Assembly (NCBI GenBank): GCA_018365815.1
Contig: JAGZJH010000001.1
Span: forward strand, 53,176-117,175
Direction: 5' to 3'
Length of the DNA stretch: 64,000 nucleotides
From: Erysipelotrichaceae bacterium
GTDB lineage: Bacteria; Bacillota_I; Bacilli_A; Erysipelotrichales; Coprobacillaceae
The notes beneath the pieces were generated by a model. That model saw only the letters and a list, made by a program, of their open reading frames with translations. It did not search any database and had not been told where the DNA came from. The translations under genes and the position numbers were made by a program. Below, one piece after another: positions 27,542-36,478 of this stretch (positions within the stretch are counted from its first letter, which is position 1; the number at the start of each line of letters is the position of its first letter).

Positions 27542-27548
27542 TTAATGA

Positions 27549-29312
27549 TTAAATTTTAGGTTCTGCAAAACGATCTTTTAAAATTTCTTTTAAAATTGCT
27601 ACTGCTGCTTCTTTTGGTCCACTATGTTCATTTCCAGGAATTCCTAATCGAGTTCTAACTTGCCCTACCTTTATTCCTTGTTTAAACATACGTTTAAAAT
27701 AATCAACTAAAATAACTTCTGTTTGACTTTCACGTTGAACCGGTCCAAATGGATTGGCAAAATAACTTCCTACTAACCCTCGTTCAGTGGTTGTCCCTTT
27801 AGCCATTCTTTCTCCAGCTCTAAATACTTTCAAAGCCTCATCAACATTATCAAAGAAACTTAGTGATTCTCCTACTTCTTCATAATTATTTGCATATAAG
27901 AAATAATCTACATGATGATGTTCAACAACATCTTTATAAGGGGTAATTGGAATCACAATACGTGCATTGATTTTATCTGGATTCATAAATACAGATCTAT
28001 CTAATTCTTTATAACCATACCCTACATCTAAATCATCTAATCGAACAAATGCTCCAATTTCAGTTCCACTTGTTTTGATTTTATTATCTTCGATGAGTAA
28101 TAATCCCATATCATCATATATTGTTTTTAATTCTCGAATATAAGGTGCTCCATAGACTTTAATCTGTTCAATTGTTTCAGATTTACCAGCTCCGCTATCG
28201 CCCATTACAACAACATTTTTAACTTCACCAGTTTGTAAAGTAATTTTAACCATCGCACCATGAACCGGTAATTGTTGTTGATTAATCTTTTTGACATTAT
28301 GCAAAGTCAACATCATTTTTTTCATATAACCAAAATAATCAAAATCATCATTAGCAGAAAGTAAAGCAACCATTATATCATTTTGATCATCTTGGTAAAA
28401 CGCTTCATTACGTAATCCATCTTCATATCCATAGACATAAATAATATCCGGTTTGCGATTACGATATTCTTCTTCTGTTGCAAGTTCAAATAAGTTACAT
28501 AAAGTTACTCCTTGAGCCATAAATGAAGCACTAAAATAAACAAACGCTAATAAATCGCCTACTTTAGCTGGATAACAAAACCATTGGTCACTATCAAATT
28601 TTTTATCCTCAATTGGATTATATTTAATTTCCGGAAAAATGCCATCACGTTTATTACGTTTTGAATAAGTAATAAACGGTGGGTGAATAGTGACAGATTG
28701 AATAAATGGAATATCATCTAAATTACGATATTCATAAGGTAAAAAAGTTCTTAATTGACTGACAATTAATCCTGCATTTACACCTGCTGTAATTTGACGA
28801 TAAACACGTTGTTTATATCCTAATGCAGCTTCTTCAATTTGACGATAAGTTGATAAAACAACTTCTTCAAATTTATTTTGTGCATCGATAAATTGTACAT
28901 TTTGAAATCCAGTTTGAATCCTTTCATTAAACACCACTGCATAACGTTCTAAACGTCGCCAAAATAAATAAAATGCTTCAATCACATTGACAAACATTTC
29001 GCGATTATTAAAATATGGTACATAGTTATCATAAGTCATACAAATTTCATCGACATTCATGACTAACAACAAACGTGAAATTGTTTTTAAATCAGCCATA
29101 ATTCCATAATCATCATCATTGCATTGTTTTAAATAATGATAAATAGTATCATCTTTTAATTTAAGATTTTCAACAAAAGATTTAGTTACTTTTGCAAATC
29201 CTTCACTTTCTAAAATTTCTAATCCAGTATGACAAAATTCTTCTGAAAAATTTAAAATCGCATTCCCACGATCTAAATTAAGTTTATATCCCACTGCATT
29301 TTCACCTTCCAT
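27549..29312 (-). CDS. Uncharacterized 587-aa protein with C-terminal HprK/P-like P-loop domain (PEPCK/HprK superfamily) and a roughly 350-aa N-terminal domain of unknown function
   Basis: VVVMGDSGAGKSETIE...YDD resembles the HprK kinase core; the N-terminal part is unassigned. Confidence 0.4.
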   Translation of the reverse strand: MEGENAVGYKLNLDRGNAILNFSEEFCHTGLEILESEGFAKVTKSFVENLKLKDDTIYHYLKQCNDDDYGIMADLKTISRLLLVMNVDEICMTYDNYVPYFNNREMFVNVIEAFYLFWRRLERYAVVFNERIQTGFQNVQFIDAQNKFEEVVLSTYRQIEEAALGYKQRVYRQITAGVNAGLIVSQLRTFLPYEYRNLDDIPFIQSVTIHPPFITYSKRNKRDGIFPEIKYNPIEDKKFDSDQWFCYPAKVGDLLAFVYFSASFMAQGVTLCNLFELATEEEYRNRKPDIIYVYGYEDGLRNEAFYQDDQNDIMVALLSANDDFDYFGYMKKMMLTLHNVKKINQQQLPVHGAMVKITLQTGEVKNVVVMGDSGAGKSETIEQIKVYGAPYIRELKTIYDDMGLLLIEDNKIKTSGTEIGAFVRLDDLDVGYGYKELDRSVFMNPDKINARIVIPITPYKDVVEHHHVDYFLYANNYEEVGESLSFFDNVDEALKVFRAGERMAKGTTTERGLVGSYFANPFGPVQRESQTEVILVDYFKRMFKQGIKVGQVRTRLGIPGNEHSGPKEAAVAILKEILKDRFAEPKI

Positions 29313-29457
29313 TCATCGTTATCTAATTATCGTGCTTATTTTAGCATATCACAATAGATTTTCCCATTAAAACAACTAAAAATTTCAAAAAGTGCTTTAA
29401 ATCCTGTATTTTTTCACTCAATTGTTTTAAATCAAAAACATGAAAACAGTTACACAA

Positions 29458-30015
29458 CTACCATACCACTTGTTTATTTTCCAAATCAATTTTACATTGA
29501 TCATTAAATAAAACATGTTCAATCAGTTGTTTTTCTAAATAAACTTCTCCTTCAACAATATATGAATCAAGTTTAAGTTTTTTTAAGGTAAAAGTATTCT
29601 TTTTAATATTAAAAGAGTTTAAATAATCATTTTGAAGATTTCCTTTCAAGATTGAAAAACGTTCATGATGATAATTATATTCAACCTTTAACTCATTTAA
29701 AGTAAAAATCATACTTTCTTTTTTAGAAAGTAAAATCATCTGTGCCTGATCTAAATGACTATAAATATTATATAAATCATTTAACGATAAAAAAGTATAT
29801 TGATCTAAATTAAAGTAATTTTGCGTATAAGTATAAATACTATTTTCCTTAACAAATTGTAAATCAACTTTTTCTATATTTCCTAAGTATTCACTATACT
29901 TTGGCTTTGAATATTTTTTATATCCTCCTATTATAACTAATATCATTAACACTAACAAAACAAATAAAGCTACATAAACCCATTTTCTAAGTTTTCTTCG
30001 TTTACGTTTTGCCAT
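29458..30015 (-). CDS. Hypothetical membrane-anchored protein
   Basis: N-terminal KRKRRK followed by a transmembrane helix. Confidence 0.3.
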   Translation of the reverse strand: MAKRKRRKLRKWVYVALFVLLVLMILVIIGGYKKYSKPKYSEYLGNIEKVDLQFVKENSIYTYTQNYFNLDQYTFLSLNDLYNIYSHLDQAQMILLSKKESMIFTLNELKVEYNYHHERFSILKGNLQNDYLNSFNIKKNTFTLKKLKLDSYIVEGEVYLEKQLIEHVLFNDQCKIDLENKQVVW

Positions 30016-30023
30016 AATTCCTC

Positions 30024-30491
30024 CTAAAAATGGTAAATGACTTTTCCTAATACATTTTTAGTATGAATCAAGCCAATTTGCCTTGAATCGATACTATCAT
30101 TACGATTATCTCCTAGTACAAATAAATTATTTTCAGGTATGATAAAATCCATATCTTTTGTATTCATCTTTTCTAAAATATAATCTTCTGTTTGTTGAAC
30201 ATCATTAATAAATAACTCATTATTTTTAATCACAATATGATCACCTTCAACACCGATCACTCGTTTCAACATCTCTTTATGTTCATTGCTTTTACCAATC
30301 ACAATTACATCACCAAAACTATATTTTTTATCTAAACTATAATAATTAATAATGACATAATCATTTTCATGATACAAAGGTTCCATTGATGTTCCTTTAA
30401 CTTGAAAAATCATTGGTAAAAACAACTGAATAAAAACAAAAACAACTAATAAAATTATAATATATTTAGACAACTTATGGTTGTTTTTCAT
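30024..30491 (-). CDS. Signal peptidase I (S26)
   Basis: GTSMEP (catalytic Ser) and GDNRNDSIDSR boxes. Confidence 0.8.
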   Translation of the reverse strand: MKNNHKLSKYIIILLVVFVFIQLFLPMIFQVKGTSMEPLYHENDYVIINYYSLDKKYSFGDVIVIGKSNEHKEMLKRVIGVEGDHIVIKNNELFINDVQQTEDYILEKMNTKDMDFIIPENNLFVLGDNRNDSIDSRQIGLIHTKNVLGKVIYHF

Positions 30492-30566
30492 TAAACGACA
30501 CCTCAGCTATCTATTATAACTACCAACTTAAAAAATTACCATAACTTTTAAAAAAGTTGAAGAAAA

Positions 30567-31286
30567 TTATTCTTCAACTAATTTAGACTTTAATTTCATA
30601 ATAATTTTCTTTTCTAACCTAGAAACTTGAACTTGTGAAATACCTAATTTTTTAGCAATAACCTCTTGATTACAATCTTGATTATAGCGCATATCTAAAA
30701 TCATTTTTTCTTTATCTTCAAGTTTTTCAATTTCCATTTCTAATGCCATTTTTTCAAACCACATTTTATGATGATGATCTTCAATCCTTTCCTCCATTGA
30801 AATCGTTGAACCGTCCTTTTCATAAATCGGTTCATTTAACGAAGTAGGATAATAAGAAGCTTCAATAGCTAAAATAACATCTTGTGCGTCTACTTGTAAA
30901 GCTTCAGCAATATCATTAACAGTCGGTTCTTTAAGTGACTCATTTATTAATTTTTCACGCACTTTTTGTATTTTTAAATTTAATTCTTTTAGCTGACGTG
31001 AAACTTTAATTGTTCCATCATCTCTAAAATACCGTTTTATTTCACCCATAATAATCGGTACTGCATATGTTGAAAATTGGACATTATATGAAAAATCAAA
31101 ATGATAAATGGCTTTCATCAGTCCTATACAACCAATTTGGAACAAATCTTCTTTATCATAATACGTATTTTTAAAACGATGTACAATAGACCATACCAAA
31201 CCTACGTTTTGTTCTACTAATTGATCAATTGCCTCTTGTTTCCCCTCTTGAGCAAGGCTAATTAATTCAGCTGTCTTGGCTAGCAT
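30567..31286 (-). CDS. sigF: Sporulation sigma factor SigF
   Basis: Sigma-70 regions 2 and 4; directly downstream of spoIIAA-spoIIAB. Confidence 0.8.
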   Translation of the reverse strand: MLAKTAELISLAQEGKQEAIDQLVEQNVGLVWSIVHRFKNTYYDKEDLFQIGCIGLMKAIYHFDFSYNVQFSTYAVPIIMGEIKRYFRDDGTIKVSRQLKELNLKIQKVREKLINESLKEPTVNDIAEALQVDAQDVILAIEASYYPTSLNEPIYEKDGSTISMEERIEDHHHKMWFEKMALEMEIEKLEDKEKMILDMRYNQDCNQEVIAKKLGISQVQVSRLEKKIIMKLKSKLVEE

Positions 31287-31704
31287 GATGCTCTTTGAAA
31301 GTCTTTTGAATCATTAGTCTAGTCCCTTGGTTAGATGAAATAATTTCAAACCCATCTGCGAGTGTTTCGATAATGCTTAACCCCATTCCAGCATGTTCAA
31401 TCGATTTTAGTGAAGAAAAAAGTGGTGTTTTTGCTTCTTCAATATTACGAATTCCAATCCCTTGATCAATTACTTCCAATTCTAATGTACGATCATTGAT
31501 ACGTGCTTTTATCACCACTTCTTTTGTTTCATCATGTAAATATCCATGAATAATTGCATTTGTTACTGCTTCTGAAACAATTGTTTTGATTTCAATAATT
31601 TCATCAATTGTGGGGTTTAAAAACATCACAAAAGAGCTTACACTATTACGTGCAAATCCTTCGTTAATCAAACTTGCACTAAATTTAATCTCCATTTGAG
31701 TCAT
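31267..31704 (-). CDS. spoIIAB: Anti-sigma F factor SpoIIAB (serine kinase of the GHKL ATPase family)
   Basis: N-box EAVTNAIIHG, DQGIGI, GMGLSII. Confidence 0.85.
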   Translation of the reverse strand: MTQMEIKFSASLINEGFARNSVSSFVMFLNPTIDEIIEIKTIVSEAVTNAIIHGYLHDETKEVVIKARINDRTLELEVIDQGIGIRNIEEAKTPLFSSLKSIEHAGMGLSIIETLADGFEIISSNQGTRLMIQKTFKEHHASQDS

Positions 31705-32050
31705 CTTTTTTCCCTACCTTTGTATAAATTTCTTCCTCTGATTCAATATACTCCATCAAACTAAATATTCCTGTTAATTCAAATAAACGATAAGCCACTG
31801 TATTTAAATTCATTAAATACATGGTACCATGATTTGCCTTAACCTGATTATAACGACCTAATACTAATCCAATTCCTGAACTATCTATAAAAGAAACATC
31901 ATTGAAATCAAAAATCACCGCTTTATAACAATCATTAATTTCATCAATTAATAAATTACGATAATTTAAGACTGATAAACTATCAATTTCTCCAAAAAAA
32001 CTTACTTTAAGGTAGTCTTCTTTTTTGTCTATTTTTATTCTATTGACCAT
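31685..32050 (-). CDS. spoIIAA: Anti-sigma F factor antagonist SpoIIAA (STAS domain)
   Basis: DFNDVSFIDSSGIGLVLGRY. Confidence 0.8.
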   Translation of the reverse strand: MVNRIKIDKKEDYLKVSFFGEIDSLSVLNYRNLLIDEINDCYKAVIFDFNDVSFIDSSGIGLVLGRYNQVKANHGTMYLMNLNTVAYRLFELTGIFSLMEYIESEEEIYTKVGKKDDSNGD

Positions 32051-32153
32051 TTCTTTACCTCCTTAAAGCCTATCATAAACTAAAAAAATTACAAAAGAAA
32101 TACTTTAGACAAAACTAGAACATACACGACAAAACTAGAATAAAATAGACAAT

Positions 32154-33320
32154 TTATTGAAACATTCTTTGAATATTTATAACTGTTTTTTGAACAAAAG
32201 TTAAAGCAGCAATATTTTCATTAACGATTAAATCACTTGAAAAAACAACAGTTTCTTCATTCATCACATCAAGTTGTCCTACAATTTCCCCACTAACAAA
32301 AGGAGCAGTGTTTTTTAAAATACGAATTTTATAACTCGGTCCTTGATCTTCACCTTTTTTAACTAAATAACTAATATCTTCTTTAGCATATACACCCGTT
32401 GTTTTTATTTCACTATTATAAACATCAATTTGAGTAACTAAATCCCCTTTTTTATAAACTACTTTATTTTCATATAAATTAAAGCCATAATCTAACATTT
32501 GACACACTTCTTTATTACGTGATTTTGGATCACTTTCTTGCATGACAACGCCAATAATTCTTAAATCATCTTTTTTAGCGGTAGTCACTAAACAATAACC
32601 TGCTTCTTTTGTGTATCCGGTCTTTAAACCATCTAAACCAGTATAAGCATTTAAAAGTTTATTCGTATTCACGAGCCAAAATTTTTGATCTGTGTTTTCT
32701 CTAATATAAGTATCATAAGTTGAAGTAACTTCTAATAACTCATCACCGCCTATTTCAATTAAATACGCCGCCATCATCGCTAAATCATAAGCACAACTAT
32801 AATGTTCAGGATCATGTAATCCCGTTGCATTTTTAAATTGCGTATTGACTAATTTTAATTCTTTTGCTTTATCATTCATCATTTTAACAAAAGCATCATT
32901 TGTCCCTGCGATGTATTCTCCAATAGCCACTGTGGCATCATTGGCTGAACCAATTGCCATGCATTTAAACATTTCATGTAAACTCATTGTCTCATTTTCT
33001 TCTAAATAAACTTGGCTTCCTCCCATACTTGAAGCATAACCGGAAGTTGTGATTTGATCTTCAAAAGAAATTTGACCGGAATGAATTGCTTCAAACATTA
33101 AAATCATCGTCATTATTTTAGTCGTACTTGCAGGAAAAAGTTTTTCCGTTTCATTTTTAGCATTTAAAATTTGTTTTGAATTGGCTTCGATTAAAATTGA
33201 AGCAGTTGCATTAGGGGCTAAATCTAAACTTTGTCCGTTTACTTTAATAAACGACATACTTAAAACAATTAATACAATTATGATTTTTTTCATCTTCTCA
33301 CCCATTACACTATATGTCAA
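32154..33320 (-). CDS. dacF: D-alanyl-D-alanine carboxypeptidase (S11), DacF-like
   Basis: Signal peptide; STTK, SAN, KTG motifs; upstream of spoIIAA as in Bacillus. Confidence 0.8.
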   Translation of the reverse strand: MTYSVMGEKMKKIIIVLIVLSMSFIKVNGQSLDLAPNATASILIEANSKQILNAKNETEKLFPASTTKIMTMILMFEAIHSGQISFEDQITTSGYASSMGGSQVYLEENETMSLHEMFKCMAIGSANDATVAIGEYIAGTNDAFVKMMNDKAKELKLVNTQFKNATGLHDPEHYSCAYDLAMMAAYLIEIGGDELLEVTSTYDTYIRENTDQKFWLVNTNKLLNAYTGLDGLKTGYTKEAGYCLVTTAKKDDLRIIGVVMQESDPKSRNKEVCQMLDYGFNLYENKVVYKKGDLVTQIDVYNSEIKTTGVYAKEDISYLVKKGEDQGPSYKIRILKNTAPFVSGEIVGQLDVMNEETVVFSSDLIVNENIAALTFVQKTVINIQRMFQ

Positions 33321-33444
33321 AACAGTTTATTTTATGAAAAGACTTCGCTTAATTATCTTAAAACAATAAGATTGAGATAACTTTTTTCAAGTCCCTACAA
33401 AAATACTCCCACTTCTTTAAATGGAAGTGGTTTACCGACTATTT

Positions 33445-34416
33445 TTACTTATCTAAATATTCTTGTATAAAATCTATTCTATCAAATACTGTGGGTTTAA
33501 AATATCCTGTAATCCCACAAACAAACTGATGAGTTTGATTGATATAAATGACATTTCCACTATTTCCAATGGCTGCATAAATCCCCTTTTTAGCATCGAT
33601 AATCCACCACAACAATCCATAACTCATATTTCTAAAATTACCATCAGTAATTTGTGTTTCTTCTGTCATTTATTCAATCCATTTTTTTGAGACAATTTAT
33701 TTTTGGTTGTAAATGCCCTTATTTAAACATAATAAACCAATTTTTACTAATTTACTCGCAGACATACACAAACCATAACCGGTTGTTCCAATTCCTTGTG
33801 GATCACCAAACCAAATAGGTGCCTTTGGTGTTTTTGATATTGTAAATTCTTTATGTTCTTGAGCAGTTTTGGCTAAATAATGATGATGTCTCACTATATT
33901 CAACGGTTCAAATAAATATTGATTTGCAAACTCTACTACTTTCATATGACTTACTTTTAAAATGATGCCTGTTAATACGTGTAAGCATACTGTATTATAT
34001 CTAAATTTATCTATAAATCCTTTTCGTCCCCCTATAAAATCTAATGAAGCTTTTGTCCAATCATCACTTGAACATACTTTTGTCCATGGATCGTATTTAC
34101 ATTTTAAAGGGCCTTTCATACTCATCATATGTATTATCGTCACATCGTAGATAGTCTTTCCCCTTCTTTTGACTTTATAATTAGGAAAATAATCTAATAT
34201 TTTATCATCGATACTTTGAATTAACCCTTGATCTATACATATTCCAATCAGTAAAGAAACGATACTTTTTGTAACTGACATAATATGAACTGCATCATCT
34301 TTGGCATAATTATTCCAAGTTTCAGAATATATTTTTTGATAATCTTTATAACATACAATTTGACAAATGTTAGGTAGTTTATTTTTAACTATCTCATAAA
34401 ATTCTTTTTTATCCAT
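33445..34416 (-). pseudogene. Beta-lactamase-family serine hydrolase interrupted by two in-frame TAA codons (about 33670-33696)
   Basis: N-terminal ORF has SVTKS (SxxK). C-terminal ORF LLWWIIDAKKGIYAAIGNSGNVIYI matches the C-terminus of the same family. The segment between reads QK*IVSKKWIE*MTEE in a single frame. Confidence 0.55.
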
Positions 34417-34472
34417 TTTTTTACTTTCTTTTATTTATCGTGCATTAAAAAAGAAAGGCTTATGCCTTTCCA

Positions 34473-35567
34473 TTATTTAATAAATTCAAATTTTTGCCAA
34501 GGTTTAATTTGGTCTAATACACACATTTCTTCATCAGTAATGCGCCCTACTAAATTACGTTCACCATCATTAGGAATATCTTCCAAAATAATTTGAACTT
34601 CACCACGATAATGTTTTAAATTATCATTAATTACACATACATCACCTTTTGTAAATACTTTTTTATCGCAAGGAACAAATGGAATACTTGTATCTTTATA
34701 TAAGAAACGAGTAAATGAACTTCTAATCATGTAACTGCTATAATCTCCACGCCCAGAATGATTTTTTTGTTCAAAGATTAATTTGCTTTCTTCTTCACTA
34801 ATTGTATCAGCAACATCTAATTTAATTTGAGTTGTATTACGGTTAATTTCACTTAATGCTTTTAATTCTTCTTCAGTTGCATAAGCATTACCGATAATGA
34901 CATCATCAATTAATCCAGTTGAGAATAAATGTCTTGCTTGTAAATCAATTGGTAAATTACGGTGCATTTCACAAGTTGGTAAACCTGCATAAACTTCCCA
35001 AGGTCCAAAAGTAGGTTGGTTATGACTAGATACGAAAGCAGCTAAAGTAAATCCCATTGATTTCCACTCTTTAGAAAATTTCATAAATAAATCAAAATCT
35101 AATCCTGTATATTTTTGTGGATAGAAGTTATGACAAATTAACATTTGATCTTGTCTTGCTCCCATTTTCATCATCGCTTTAACATTATCAGCAGTTGATG
35201 AACCGTTAAATTCAATTTTTAAACCATATGGATTTTGAGTGACAATAGTATCTAACATTGTTCCAAATGACATATCTAAACGTACAATATCACAGTGCAT
35301 ATCTGCAAATGGTTTTAAATCTCTTGCAGTTGCTCCTAAATGTTCAAATACTTGTGGGTTAGTATCCACTGCAACTTCAAATCCTAATTCATGGGCTTTA
35401 TCCATAAATTCTCTAAATTCTTTAATCATTTCTTCTTTTGGTTTATTTACTGATAATAAACAAGTAAAAATTCTAGTAAAACCGTATTTTGCTGCTAATT
35501 CCATGTAAGCAAAATCTTTTTCTTTTGTTGAATGTTCTGGATAAATTGAAATTCCTAATCTTCTCAT
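34473..35567 (-). CDS. DUF871 / MupG-like 6-phospho-N-acetylmuramidase family protein
   Basis: N-terminus MRRLGISIYPE...GFTRIFTCLLSV is typical of the family; 364 aa. Confidence 0.55.
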   Translation of the reverse strand: MRRLGISIYPEHSTKEKDFAYMELAAKYGFTRIFTCLLSVNKPKEEMIKEFREFMDKAHELGFEVAVDTNPQVFEHLGATARDLKPFADMHCDIVRLDMSFGTMLDTIVTQNPYGLKIEFNGSSTADNVKAMMKMGARQDQMLICHNFYPQKYTGLDFDLFMKFSKEWKSMGFTLAAFVSSHNQPTFGPWEVYAGLPTCEMHRNLPIDLQARHLFSTGLIDDVIIGNAYATEEELKALSEINRNTTQIKLDVADTISEEESKLIFEQKNHSGRGDYSSYMIRSSFTRFLYKDTSIPFVPCDKKVFTKGDVCVINDNLKHYRGEVQIILEDIPNDGERNLVGRITDEEMCVLDQIKPWQKFEFIK

Positions 35568-35874
35568 TAAATTGTCCTCCTTATTTCAACACTTCACATA
35601 TCGATTCCCGTCATCACTATGAAGCATATCCTTTATTCATTTGAGGATTATACCATAATCAATTATTTATATATTTACAATTACAAAATATGAAAATAAA
35701 TTACATATTTTTAAGATTGATTAACTTCATTTGAAATGGAATGATAACGAATTTTTAAGGATAAACTCTTTATAAAAAACTATTTTTACAATACCCTATA
35801 ATAACTACCGTATTGAAAGATAACATAAATTATAGCCACTATTAAGAAATGATAATCACATTTTTCTTATTCTT

Positions 35875-36336
35875 TAATACTTTTCACTTTCAACTATAAT
35901 AATATTTTTATTTTCATCTTGATAGTACCCATTTAGATGCATATAATTTTTATTTTCTATTAAATTTTCTAATCTAAATAACATATTCTTTCTAATCATC
36001 GATTTTACTTGATCTAAACTAACCTATCGATGTTCAACATTTTCATCACTGTTTTTAACCTCTGCACTTTTAGCTTCGCAAATAAAATCAACAACCAAAA
36101 GCGTTGGGATTGTTTCAACACCATTATATCCTTTCTTGGTTTTGATATTAGAACTGATATTTAATACTTTAATAATATTCACTTCAACCCCTACTCTTCA
36201 TCTGCTTCTCGTTTTAACGTTTCTCCTTGTTCAACAATTTCACCGGGTATTTCCCAACCCTTTCTAGGATTTTTGATTAACAATAATTGATCCTCATGAA
36301 AAAAATAAAGACCGCTACACTAATGGTATGTGATGG
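35875..36336 (-). pseudogene. NUDIX hydrolase remnant with at least three frame breaks (one at a T7 tract)
   Basis: Nudix box GWEIPGEIVEQGETLKREADEE on the minus strand; flanking segments sit in other frames. Confidence 0.5.
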
Positions 36337-36478
36337 TAAATTCATTCTAATCCCTCTCTAACTTAAGATAAAATCATGTCAATACAACATTTTATAGTTA
36401 ATATGTTTTGATGACTATACTTTCAACAAAATATCTTTTATCGATCATATTAAAATAATTAGTAAAAGATACAACAAC

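Noticed and set aside
33181-35508. Plus-strand ORFs 33181-33369, 33463-33690, 33962-34150 and 35239-35508
   Set aside because: They are antisense to dacF, the serine hydrolase and the MupG-like gene, and are not supported.
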